Assembly: GCF_055900595.2 (NCBI RefSeq)
Contig: NZ_CM148325.1
Reading direction: 5' to 3' (one strand)
Length of the DNA: 64,000 nt
Every line of letters begins with the position of its first letter. Within the stretch, counting starts at the first letter, position 1. Under the pieces are notes generated by a model that had not been told where the DNA came from, ran no database searches, and was given only the letters and a program-made list of their open reading frames with translations. Positions 11,321 to 21,077 of the stretch are shown piece by piece. The position numbers and the translations under genes were made by a program.

Positions 11321-11892
11321 TACTTAACTCCATCCTGTTCATCATGTGGGGAATAATTGACGACGTTTATACTGCCTTGTGCATTGAGTTCTGTACATAG
11401 GGCTTTAAACGCTTGCTCAATATTTGCTGCATCCGCAGAGGCGGGGCTGTGGGCGGTGATCTGAATATGCAACTGTGCAGCCCGTTCATTTTCAGCAGGT
11501 TGCGTGCGCGATACCAGCTCCGCAATGTTCATGTGGTGCGCGTCGAAAAGTGCCGTGAAGCGTTCAATTAAATGCGGGGAGTCTGCCACATCGACCTGAA
11601 CCCAGACAGATGCTGGCATTGGCGGACGCGGACGAGCCGTCGTGCGCTTCATCACGATTAAAAGATCCAGTTCGGCACCTTTCAACGGTAACGTTGATTC
11701 AATCAGAGTAATGGCATTCCATGAACCGGAAAGCAGCATGATAAACGTGAACTCTTCTCCCAGCATCGCCAGGCGACTGTCTTCAATATTACAGCCGCAA
11801 CTACTGACATGACGGGTGATGGTGTTCACAATTCCAGGGCGATCGGCACCCAACGCAGTGATCACCAGATAATGTTGCGATGACAGTGTCAA
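11320..11892 (-). CDS. gcvR: Glycine cleavage system transcriptional repressor
   Basis: ORF trimmed to a TTG start at 11892..11890 (M/L-TLSSQHYLVITALGADRPG...), giving 190 aa; ACT-domain-like protein. The bcp ATG overlaps its stop by 1 nt. Confidence 0.88.
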   Translation of the reverse strand: MTLSSQHYLVITALGADRPGIVNTITRHVSSCGCNIEDSRLAMLGEEFTFIMLLSGSWNAITLIESTLPLKGAELDLLIVMKRTTARPRPPMPASVWVQVDVADSPHLIERFTALFDAHHMNIAELVSRTQPAENERAAQLHIQITAHSPASADAANIEQAFKALCTELNAQGSINVVNYSPHDEQDGVK

Positions 11893-12037
11893 ACTGGTTA
11901 TTCCTTTAAGGGGTGAGTTGTTCTTAAGGAAAGCATAAAAAAAACATGCATACAACAATCAGAACGGTTCTGTCTGCTTGCTTTTAATGCCATACCAAAC
12001 GTACCATTGAGACACTTGTTTGCACAGAGGATGGCCC

Positions 12038-12916
12038 ATGTTCACGGGAAGTATTGTCGCGATTGTTACTCCGATGGATGAAAAAGGTAATGTCTGTCGG
12101 GCTAGCTTGAAAAAACTGATTGATTATCATGTCGCCAGCGGTACTTCGGCGATCGTTTCTGTTGGCACCACTGGCGAGTCCGCTACCTTAAATCATGACG
12201 AACATGCTGATGTGGTGATGATGACGCTGGAGCTGGCTGACGGGCGCATTCCGGTAATTGCAGGGACCGGCGCTAACGCTACTGCGGAAGCCATTAGCCT
12301 GACGCAGCGTTTCAATGACAGTGGTATCGTCGGCTGCCTGACGGTAACCCCTTACTACAATCGTCCGTCGCAAGAAGGTTTGTATCAGCATTTCAAAGCC
12401 ATCGCTGAGCATACTGACCTGCCGCAAATTCTGTATAATGTGCCGTCCCGTACTGGTTGCGATCTGCTCCCGGAAACGGTGGGCCGTCTGGCGAAAGTAA
12501 AAAATATTATCGGAATCAAAGAGGCTACAGGGAACTTAACGCGTGTAAACCAGATCAAAGAGCTGGTTTCAGATGATTTTGTTCTGCTGAGCGGCGATGA
12601 TGCGAGCGCGCTGGACTTCATGCAATTAGGCGGTCATGGGGTTATTTCCGTTACGGCTAACGTCGCAGCGCGTGATATGGCCCAGATGTGCAAACTGGCG
12701 GCAGAAGGGCATTTTGCCGAGGCACGCGTTATTAATCAGCGTCTGATGCCATTACACAACAAACTATTTGTCGAACCCAATCCAATCCCGGTGAAATGGG
12801 CATGTAAGGAATTGGGTCTTGTGGCGACCGATACGCTGCGCCTGCCAATGACTCCAATCACCGACAGTGGTCGTGAGACGGTCAGAGCGGCGCTTAAGCA
12901 TGCCGGTTTGCTGTAA
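12038..12916 (+). CDS. dapA: 4-hydroxy-tetrahydrodipicolinate synthase
   Basis: 292 aa from [18 protein letters not shown]...; ORF 12020..12916 trimmed to the second Met. Confidence 0.95.
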   Translation: MFTGSIVAIVTPMDEKGNVCRASLKKLIDYHVASGTSAIVSVGTTGESATLNHDEHADVVMMTLELADGRIPVIAGTGANATAEAISLTQRFNDSGIVGCLTVTPYYNRPSQEGLYQHFKAIAEHTDLPQILYNVPSRTGCDLLPETVGRLAKVKNIIGIKEATGNLTRVNQIKELVSDDFVLLSGDDASALDFMQLGGHGVISVTANVAARDMAQMCKLAAEGHFAEARVINQRLMPLHNKLFVEPNPIPVKWACKELGLVATDTLRLPMTPITDSGRETVRAALKHAGLL

Positions 12917-12932
12917 AGTTTAGGGAGATTTG

Positions 12933-13967
12933 ATGGCTTACTCTGTTCAAAAGTCGCGCCTGGCAATGGTTGCGGGTGTTTCGCTTGTTTTATTACTCGC
13001 AGCCTGTAGTTCTGACTCACGCTATAAGCGTCAGGTCAGTGGTGATGAAGCCTACCTGGAAGCGGCACCGCTTGCGGAGCTTCATGCCCCGGCTGGAATG
13101 ATTTTGCCGGTGACCTCCGGTGATTATGCAATCCCGGTGACCAACGGTAGTGGTGCTGTCGGTAAGGCGCTGGACATTCGTCCACCAGCCCAGCCGCTGG
13201 CACTGGTTTCTGGCGCGCGTACCCAGTTCACGGGCGATACCGCTTCATTGCTGGTGGAAAATGGTCGTGGCAATACTCTGTGGCCGCAGGTGGTTAGCGT
13301 GCTGCAGGCGAAAAACTACACCATCACCCAACGTGATGATGCGGGTCAGACGCTGACCACCGATTGGGTACAATGGAACCGTCTGGACGAAGACGAGCAG
13401 TATCGTGGTCGTTATCAAATCTCTGTTAAACCGCAAGGTTATCAGCAGGCGGTTACGGTTAAACTGCTGAACCTGGAACAGGCGGGCAAACCGGTTGCAG
13501 ACGCGGCTTCCATGCAGCGTTACAGCACGGAGATGATGAACGTTATTTCCGCCGGTCTGGATAAATCTGCCACTGACGCCGCGAACGCTGCGCAAAATCG
13601 TGCCTCCACCACTATGGACGTACAAAGTGCAGCTGATGACACCGGTTTACCGATGCTGGTCGTACGCGGGCCGTTCAATGTGGTTTGGCAACGTCTGCCA
13701 GCGGCGCTGGAAAAAGTGGGCATGAAAGTGACCGACAGCACCCGTTCGCAGGGCAACATGGCCGTAACTTACAAGCCGCTGTCTGACAGCGACTGGCAGG
13801 AACTGGGCGCGAGCGATCCAGGCCTGGCATCCGGTGACTATAAACTGCAGGTTGGCGATTTAGATAACCGCAGCAGCCTACAGTTCATCGATCCGAAAGG
13901 TCATACTCTGACTCAGAGTCAGAACGACGCGCTGGTAGCTGTCTTCCAGGCTGCGTTTAGCAAGTAA
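12933..13967 (+). CDS. bamC: Outer membrane protein assembly factor BamC (lipoprotein NlpB)
   Basis: 344 aa with a lipobox (LLLAACSS); immediately downstream of dapA. Confidence 0.93.
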   Translation: MAYSVQKSRLAMVAGVSLVLLLAACSSDSRYKRQVSGDEAYLEAAPLAELHAPAGMILPVTSGDYAIPVTNGSGAVGKALDIRPPAQPLALVSGARTQFTGDTASLLVENGRGNTLWPQVVSVLQAKNYTITQRDDAGQTLTTDWVQWNRLDEDEQYRGRYQISVKPQGYQQAVTVKLLNLEQAGKPVADAASMQRYSTEMMNVISAGLDKSATDAANAAQNRASTTMDVQSAADDTGLPMLVVRGPFNVVWQRLPAALEKVGMKVTDSTRSQGNMAVTYKPLSDSDWQELGASDPGLASGDYKLQVGDLDNRSSLQFIDPKGHTLTQSQNDALVAVFQAAFSK

Positions 13968-13973
13968 AAATAC

Positions 13974-14000
13974 AGGGCTGGAGTCATCCGGCCCTTTTTT
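13974..14000 (+). terminator. Rho-independent terminator after bamC
   Basis: GC-rich imperfect hairpin (GGGCTGGA..TCCGGCCC) followed by a TTTTTT tract. Confidence 0.5.
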
Positions 14001-14010
14001 CTGATATGAT

Positions 14011-14026
14011 ACGCAAACGTGTGCGT
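14011..14026. promoter_or_regulatory. PurR operator (PUR box) in the purC control region
   Basis: Palindrome ACGCAAACGTGTGCGT closely matches the 16-bp PurR box consensus (ACGCAAACGTTTGCGT), about 150 bp upstream of purC. Confidence 0.55.
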
Positions 14027-14069
14027 CGGCAGAAAAATGCGATTTTAGCGGTAATTCGCACGAAATTTG

Positions 14070-14125
14070 TTTGTCGGACGTAGGTCGGATAAGGCGTTCT
14101 TGCCGCATCCGACAAAACATCCGGC
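14070..14125. repeat. REP (repetitive extragenic palindromic) element
   Basis: GTAGGTCGGATAAGGCGTT...GCCGCATCCGACA matches the REP/BIME consensus family. Confidence 0.6.
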
Positions 14126-14179
14126 ACACCAGACAGCAAAAGATTTTAAAACGTTAATTCACACCCAGGAGTGATAAAG

Positions 14180-14893
14180 ATGCAAAAGCAAGCTGAGTTG
14201 TATCGTGGTAAAGCGAAAACCGTATACAGCACGGAAAACCCGGACCTGTTGGTGCTCGAATTCCGCAATGATACGTCAGCAGGGGATGGCGCGCGCATTG
14301 AGCAGTTTGATCGCAAAGGTATGGTGAACAACAAGTTCAACTACTTCATTATGAGCAAACTGGCTGAAGCGGGTATCCCGACTCAAATGGAGCGTCTGCT
14401 CTCCGATACCGAATGTCTGGTGAAAAAGCTGGATATGGTGCCGGTTGAGTGTGTCGTGCGTAACCGTGCTGCTGGCTCTCTGGTGAAACGTCTTGGAATC
14501 GAAGAAGGTATTGAGCTGAACCCGCCGCTGTTCGATCTGTTCCTGAAAAACGACGCCATGCACGATCCGATGGTCAACGAATCTTACTGCGAAACCTTTG
14601 GCTGGGTAAGTAAAGAGAACCTGGCGCGTATGAAAGAGCTGACCTACAAAGCGAACGACGTGCTGAAAAAACTGTTCGATGATGCTGGTCTCATTCTGGT
14701 CGACTTCAAGCTGGAGTTTGGTCTGTACAAAGGCGAAGTGGTTCTGGGCGATGAGTTCTCCCCGGACGGCAGCCGCCTGTGGGACAAAGAAACGCTGGAG
14801 AAAATGGATAAAGACCGTTTCCGCCAGAGCCTCGGTGGCCTGATCGAAGCATATGAAGCCGTTGCCCGCCGCCTGGGTGTACAGCTGGACTGA
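14180..14893 (+). CDS. purC: Phosphoribosylaminoimidazole-succinocarboxamide (SAICAR) synthase
   Basis: 237 aa from [31 protein letters not shown]... Confidence 0.95.
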
Positions 14894-15060
14894 TTTTTCT
14901 ATTCATCATCTTGCCGTGCTGCTGGCACGGCAAGACAACCGCTCTCATAAGATGTGCATTGAACGCTCATTCCTCCGCCATTTCATCCCGCTTTCCTGTG
15001 GTAATCTTCCTCTGAACCACCTACGATCATTTCTATAATGAATATATTGCTGAGGTATCT

Positions 15061-15924
15061 ATGCGTTGGCAAGGGCGACGTGAAAGTGACAATGTTGAAG
15101 ACAGGCGCAATAGCTCCGGTGGTCCGTCAATGGGCGGTCCCGGTTTCCGTCTGCCAAGCGGTAAAGGCGGGCTGATTTTACTGATAGTCGTGCTGGTTGC
15201 AGGCTACTATGGCGTTGATTTAACCGGATTGATGACCGGACAGCCGGTTTCCCAACAGCAATCAACGCGGTCAATTAGCCCTAATGAAGACGAAGCCGCA
15301 AAATTCACCTCGGTGATTCTGGCAACCACGGAAGACACCTGGGGACAGCAATTCGAGAAGATGGGTAAAACCTATCAGCAACCGAAGCTGGTCATGTACC
15401 GTGGAATGACGCGCACCGGCTGCGGGGCGGGCCAGTCCATTATGGGACCGTTCTATTGCCCGGCGGATGGCACGGTTTATATCGATCTCTCCTTCTATGA
15501 TGACATGAAAGACAAACTTGGCGCGGATGGCGATTTTGCCCAGGGGTACGTTATCGCCCATGAAGTCGGTCATCATGTGCAGAAACTGTTAGGCATCGAG
15601 CCGAAAGTCCGTCAACTGCAACAAAACGCGACGCAGGCGGAAGTAAACCGCTTATCTGTGCGTATGGAACTCCAGGCCGACTGTTTTGCCGGTGTCTGGG
15701 GGCATAGCATGCAGCAGCAAGGCGTTCTGGAAACCGGCGATCTGGAAGAAGCGCTGAACGCGGCGCAGGCCATCGGCGATGACCGTTTACAGCAGCAAAG
15801 TCAGGGGCGAGTCGTACCAGACAGTTTCACTCATGGCACTTCTCAGCAACGCTACAGCTGGTTTAAACGTGGTTTCGACAGCGGCGATCCGGCACAATGC
15901 AATACTTTTGGTAAAAGCATTTAA
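15061..15924 (+). CDS. ypfJ: Putative neutral zinc metallopeptidase (YpfJ family)
   Basis: 287 aa with an N-terminal membrane anchor and an HExxH motif (AHEVGHHVQ). Confidence 0.9.
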
Positions 15925-15938
15925 CTTTCGGGGCAGGG

Positions 15939-17954
15939 ATGGCTGAACTGACTGCGCTTCACCCATTAACAGCGCAAATGAAACGTGAAGGGATCCGCCG
16001 CTTGCTGGTGTTGAGCGGGGAAGAACGTTGGTGCTTTAACTGTGCGCTTAAGTTGCGTGATGCTTTACCTGGCGACTGGTTGTGGGTTTCACCGCAGCCA
16101 GTCGCTGAAAACCACTGTACTCCCTCGGCGCTACAAACTTTACTTGGACGCGAGTTCCGGCATGCGATATTCGACGCCCGCCAGGGCTTTGATGCCGCTG
16201 CCTTTGCGGCACTTAGCGGAACGTTGAAAGCGGGAAGCTGGCTGGTGTTGTTACTCCCTGTATGGGAAGAGTGGGAAAACCAACCTGATGCCGATTCGCT
16301 GCGCTGGAGTGATTGCCCTGACCCTATTGCGACGCCGCATTTTGTCCGGCACCTCAAACGCGTACTTACGGCGGATCACGACGCTATCCTCTGGCGGCAA
16401 AACCAGCCGTTCACGTTGACGCATTTTATTCCCCGTACTGACTGGCAACCCGCGACTGGCGCACCACAACCGGAACAACAGCAACTCTTACAGCAGCTAC
16501 TCACCATGCCGCCGGGTGTGTCAGCGGTAACTGCTGCGCGTGGGCGCGGTAAGTCGGCGCTGGCAGGGCAACTCATTTCTCGTATTGCGGGCAGTGCGAT
16601 TGTCACCGCGCCTGCAAAAGCGGCAACGGATGTACTGGCACAATTTGCGGGCGAAAAGTTTCGCTTTATTGCGCCGGATGCCTTGTTAGCCAGCGATGAG
16701 CAAGCCGACTGGCTGGTGGTCGATGAAGCCGCAGCCATACCTGCGCCGTTGTTGCATCAACTGGTATCGCGTTTTCCTCGAACGTTGTTAACCACTACGG
16801 TGCAGGGCTACGAAGGTACCGGACGTGGTTTTTTGCTGAAATTTTGTGCGCGTTTCCCGCATTTACACCGTTTCGAATTGCAACAGCCGATCCGCTGGGC
16901 GCAGGGATGCCCGCTGGAAAAAATGGTCAGCGAGGCACTGGTTTTTGACGATGAAAACTTCACTCACGAACCACAAGGTGACATCGTCATTTCCGCTTTT
17001 GAACAGACCTTATGGCGAAGCGATCCGGATACACCGTTAAAGGTATATCAGCTATTGTCTGGCGCGCACTACCGGACCTCGCCGCTGGATTTACGCCGCA
17101 TGATGGATGCACCTGGGCAACATTTTTTCCAGGCGGCTTGTGAAAACGAGATCGCCGGGGCGCTGTGGCTGGTGGATGAGGGCGGATTATCTCAAGAACT
17201 CAGCCAGGCGGTATGGGCAGGTTTTCGTCGCCCGCGCGGTAATCTGGTAGCCCAGTCGCTGGCGGCGCACGGCAGCAATCCACTGGCAGCGACATTGCGC
17301 GGACGGCGGGTCAGCAGGATAGCAGTTCATCCAGCTCGTCAGCGTGAAGGCGTTGGGCAACAGCTTATTGCCCGTGCTTTAAACTATACGCATGACCTCG
17401 ACTATCTTTCGGTGAGTTTTGGCTACACCGCGGAGTTATGGCGTTTCTGGCAACGCTGCGGTTTTGTGCTGGTGCGAATGGGTAATCATCGTGAAGCCAG
17501 CAGCGGTTGCTATACGGCGATGGCACTGTTACCGATGAGTGATGCGGGTAAACAGCTGGCTGAACGTGAGCATTACCGTTTACGTCGCGATGCGCATGCT
17601 CTCACGCAGTGGAATGGCGAAACGCTCCCCGTCGATCCACGAAATGATGCCGTCCTTTCTGAGGACGACTGGCTTGAACTGGCCGGTTTTGCTTTCGCTC
17701 ATCGTCCGCTATTAACGTCGTTAGGTTGCTTAACGCGTCTGCTACAAACCAGTGAACTGGCATTACCGGCGCTGCGTGGTCGTTTACAGAAAAACGCCAG
17801 TGACGCGCAGTTATGTACCACACTTAAACTTTCAGGCCGCAAGATGTTACTGGCCCGTCAGCGAGAAGAGGCCGCGCAGGCGCTGTTCGCACTTGATAAT
17901 GTTCGCACTGAGCGTCTGCGCGATCGCATAACGCAATGGCAATTTTTTCACTGA
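15939..17954 (+). CDS. tmcA: tRNA(Met) cytidine acetyltransferase
   Basis: 671 aa with a Walker A-like TAARGRGKSA helicase-type domain plus a C-terminal GNAT region. Confidence 0.92.
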   Translation: MAELTALHPLTAQMKREGIRRLLVLSGEERWCFNCALKLRDALPGDWLWVSPQPVAENHCTPSALQTLLGREFRHAIFDARQGFDAAAFAALSGTLKAGSWLVLLLPVWEEWENQPDADSLRWSDCPDPIATPHFVRHLKRVLTADHDAILWRQNQPFTLTHFIPRTDWQPATGAPQPEQQQLLQQLLTMPPGVSAVTAARGRGKSALAGQLISRIAGSAIVTAPAKAATDVLAQFAGEKFRFIAPDALLASDEQADWLVVDEAAAIPAPLLHQLVSRFPRTLLTTTVQGYEGTGRGFLLKFCARFPHLHRFELQQPIRWAQGCPLEKMVSEALVFDDENFTHEPQGDIVISAFEQTLWRSDPDTPLKVYQLLSGAHYRTSPLDLRRMMDAPGQHFFQAACENEIAGALWLVDEGGLSQELSQAVWAGFRRPRGNLVAQSLAAHGSNPLAATLRGRRVSRIAVHPARQREGVGQQLIARALNYTHDLDYLSVSFGYTAELWRFWQRCGFVLVRMGNHREASSGCYTAMALLPMSDAGKQLAEREHYRLRRDAHALTQWNGETLPVDPRNDAVLSEDDWLELAGFAFAHRPLLTSLGCLTRLLQTSELALPALRGRLQKNASDAQLCTTLKLSGRKMLLARQREEAAQALFALDNVRTERLRDRITQWQFFH

Positions 17955-18027
17955 CTCCTTCAATTTTCTCCCATGGTCATTGTGAGTCAGCGGCGTAAAA
18001 TTAATGACATCAGTTAAGGAGTTCGCC

Positions 18028-18729
18028 ATGAAACATGACCATTTTGTTGTTCAAAGCCCGGATAAACCTGCACAACAGTTGTTACTGCTTTTCCACGGTG
18101 TCGGGGATAACCCGGTAGCGATGGGTGAGATCGGCAGTTGGTTTGCGCCGCTGTTTCCTGATGCACTGGTGGTGAGCGTCGGTGGCGCGGAGCCGAGCGG
18201 TAATCCGGCGGGGCGTCAGTGGTTTTCGGTGCAGGGTATTACGGAAGATAATCGCCAGGCGCGTGTGGATGCCATCATGCCGACGTTTATTGAGACGGTG
18301 CGCTACTGGCAGAAACAGAGCGGAGTAGGGGCAAACGCCACGGCGCTAATCGGTTTCTCACAAGGCGCGATTATGGCGCTGGAGAGCATTAAAGCCGAAC
18401 CGGGTCTTGCTTCGCGCGTCATTGCCTTTAACGGACGTTACGCCAGCTTGCCGGAAAACGCGTCTACAGCCACGACAATTCACTTGATTCATGGCGGTGA
18501 AGATCCGGTTATCGATCTGGCGCATGCGGTTGCGGCGCAGGAAGCGTTAATCAGTGCCGGTGGTGACGTGACGCTGGATATTGTGGAGGATTTAGGCCAT
18601 GCAATCGACAATCGCAGTATGCAATTTGCCCTGGATCACTTGCGTTATACCATACCGAAACATTATTTCGACGAAGCGCTAAGTGGTGGCAAACCTGGCG
18701 ATGATGATGTAATTGAAATGATGCAATAA
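18028..18729 (+). CDS. ypfH: Esterase / phospholipase-carboxylesterase family protein
   Basis: Starts MKHDHFVVQSPDKPAQQ...; alpha/beta hydrolase with GxSxG (GFSQGA). Confidence 0.88.
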   Translation: MKHDHFVVQSPDKPAQQLLLLFHGVGDNPVAMGEIGSWFAPLFPDALVVSVGGAEPSGNPAGRQWFSVQGITEDNRQARVDAIMPTFIETVRYWQKQSGVGANATALIGFSQGAIMALESIKAEPGLASRVIAFNGRYASLPENASTATTIHLIHGGEDPVIDLAHAVAAQEALISAGGDVTLDIVEDLGHAIDNRSMQFALDHLRYTIPKHYFDEALSGGKPGDDDVIEMMQ

Positions 18730-18734
18730 TAGCC

Positions 18735-18820
18735 TGGTAGGCCTGATAAGACGCGTGAGCGTCGCATCAGGCATCGTTCACCATTGCCGGATGCGGCATT
18801 AACGCCTTATCCGGCCACTT
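18735..18820. repeat. REP/BIME elements (two copies, inverted)
   Basis: GCCTGATAAGACGCG...GCGTCGCATCAGGC and GCCGGATGCGGC...GCCTTATCCGGCC between ypfH and ypfN. Confidence 0.6.
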
Positions 18821-18823
18821 AGC

Positions 18824-19024
18824 TTACTTCTTCGGTTGATCCTTTTTCGGCCAATCGTCGTCATCGTCCCACTTATCGTTGAAATCACGATGCGGGGGAA
18901 GCTCCGGCTTGTTGGCGAGAAATTTCTTATGGTCGACGCGCTTGAGATCTTTAATCACGTTCAGCAGGACGCCAACCAAAAAGACAATCACCAGAATCCA
19001 CCAATATTTAGCCAGCCAGTCCAT
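18824..19024 (-). CDS. ypfN: Small UPF0370-family membrane-anchored protein
   Basis: 66 aa [25 protein letters not shown]... with an acidic, Lys-rich tail; ORF trimmed to the internal Met. Confidence 0.8.
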
Positions 19025-19051
19025 GCTTATTTCCTCTTGCAGAACCACTCA

Positions 19052-20179
19052 TCAGGCGACGAGCTGTTCCATGATACGTTGATACATACGGGCAAGTAGC
19101 TGCAGGTCGGCAGCGTTCACACATTCATTAATTTTATGAATAGTGGCATTGACCGGCCCGAGTTCCACCACCTGCGCCCCCATGCGGGCAATAAAGCGCC
19201 CGTCGGACGTTCCGCCTGTGGTCAGTAGCTGCGGTTTAATTTCATTATAGTGCTCAACCGCGTTAACGACCGCATCCACCAGTTTACCGCGCGCGGTCAA
19301 AAATGGCTGCCCGGAAAGCCACCAATCCACCGTATAACGCAGTTGATGTTTTTCAAGCAGGGCAAGCACCTGCGCTTTGATCATCTCATCCGTCAGTTCG
19401 GTGCTAAAGCGGAAGTTAAACTGCACAAACAGTTCACCCGGAATAACGTTGTTACTGCCCGTTCCCGCCTGAATATTGGCAATCTGCATACTGGTCGCCG
19501 GGAAGAATTCATTACCCTGATCCCACTCAATAGCCACTAATTCATTAAGGAAAGGTGCTGCGCGATGTACCGGATTGTCAGCCAGATGCGGGTAGGCTAC
19601 ATGCCCCTGCACGCCATGAATGGTAAGGTTGCAGGTTAACGATCCGCGACGACCATTTTTCACCACGTCACCAACCACTTCGATGCTCGATGGTTCGCCG
19701 ACCAGGCAGTAATCGAGACGCTCATTACGCGCCATTAACGCTTCGACGACTTTTACCGTACCGTTGTGGGCACTGGCTTCTTCATCAGAAGTGATCAGGA
19801 ATGCCAGTCGACCTGTATGGTTGGGATGTTGCGCGACAAAACGTTCTGCTGCTACCACCATCGCCGCCAGTGAGCCTTTCATATCTGCCGCACCACGCCC
19901 GAACAACATGCCGTCACGAATGGTTGGTTCAAACGGCGGATTAATCCAACGGTCGGCGTCGCCAGGCGGTACCACGTCGGTATGTCCGGCAAAGGCTAAC
20001 GTTTCGCCCTGCCCACGCCACGCCCAAAAGTTTTGCGTATCGGCAAAGTCCATGCGTTCAACGGTAAAACCGATCGCCTGCAAACGTTCAATCAACAAAG
20101 CCTGGCATCCTGCGTCATCAGGACTCAGGGAAGGGCGGCGAATAAGCTGCTGGGTCAGCTCAATAACCGGGCACGACAT
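19052..20179 (-). CDS. dapE: Succinyl-diaminopimelate desuccinylase
   Basis: 375 aa M20 peptidase family ([26 protein letters not shown]...). Confidence 0.95.
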
Positions 20180-20182
20180 AGA

Positions 20183-20557
<375 letters not shown>

Positions 20558-20919
20558 TTATGAGAATAAATACTCATTTAAGAGTGAAAACATTTTGCCT
20601 GCAAATGATTATCAGGAAATATAACATTATCGAAGTATTCAAATTAACAACTATTAAATAATATTAAACATTTTTAACGTAAACATTAAGAATATTCATC
20701 TTGTTATCTGTCTGTATTTTAACCAGAATTAAATAAGTATTAGATGCCGTATGAATATCTCGAAATGTTGCTGTGTATCACATACAAATCATCACCGCAG
20801 GACCATAGTATTTACATAAGGTTTGTCCCCCGGAGGTAGTCATCGCAGCAATCGAGTAAATTAGCTTCACCACGGTATATTGTTTCCGTAGAATACCCAT
20901 AATTATAAGAGAGGTTGTT

Positions 20920-20979
20920 ATGATTGAACGTGAACTGGGGAACTGGAAAGACTTTATCGAAGTTATGCTTCGTAAGTAA
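20920..20979 (+). CDS. ypfM: Micro-protein YpfM (19 aa)
   Basis: ATG with AGAGAGG SD upstream; encodes MIERELGNWKDFIEVMLRK, matching the described E. coli small protein YpfM; too short for the six-frame track. Coordinates by manual counting, +/-1. Confidence 0.6.
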   Translation: MIERELGNWKDFIEVMLRK

Positions 20980-21039
20980 TTCCTGAGACAAAGTACAAAC
21001 AGAAAGTACCTGCTGAACAGGTTCTTTATCGGAAAGTTG

Positions 21040-21072
21040 AAAAAGGCGACACATTAGTATGTCGCCTTTTTA
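21040..21072. terminator. Bidirectional rho-independent terminator (ypfM / acrD)
   Basis: AAAAAGGCGAC-loop-GTCGCCTTTTT: perfect stem flanked by A-run and T-run, between the ypfM stop and the acrD stop. Confidence 0.6.
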
Positions 21073-21077
21073 ATTGC

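Noticed and set aside
20812-21054. 80-aa minus-strand ORF in the yffB-acrD intergenic region
   Set aside because: Overlaps the ypfM micro-gene on the opposite strand and runs through the bidirectional terminator; AT-rich chance ORF without a convincing SD.
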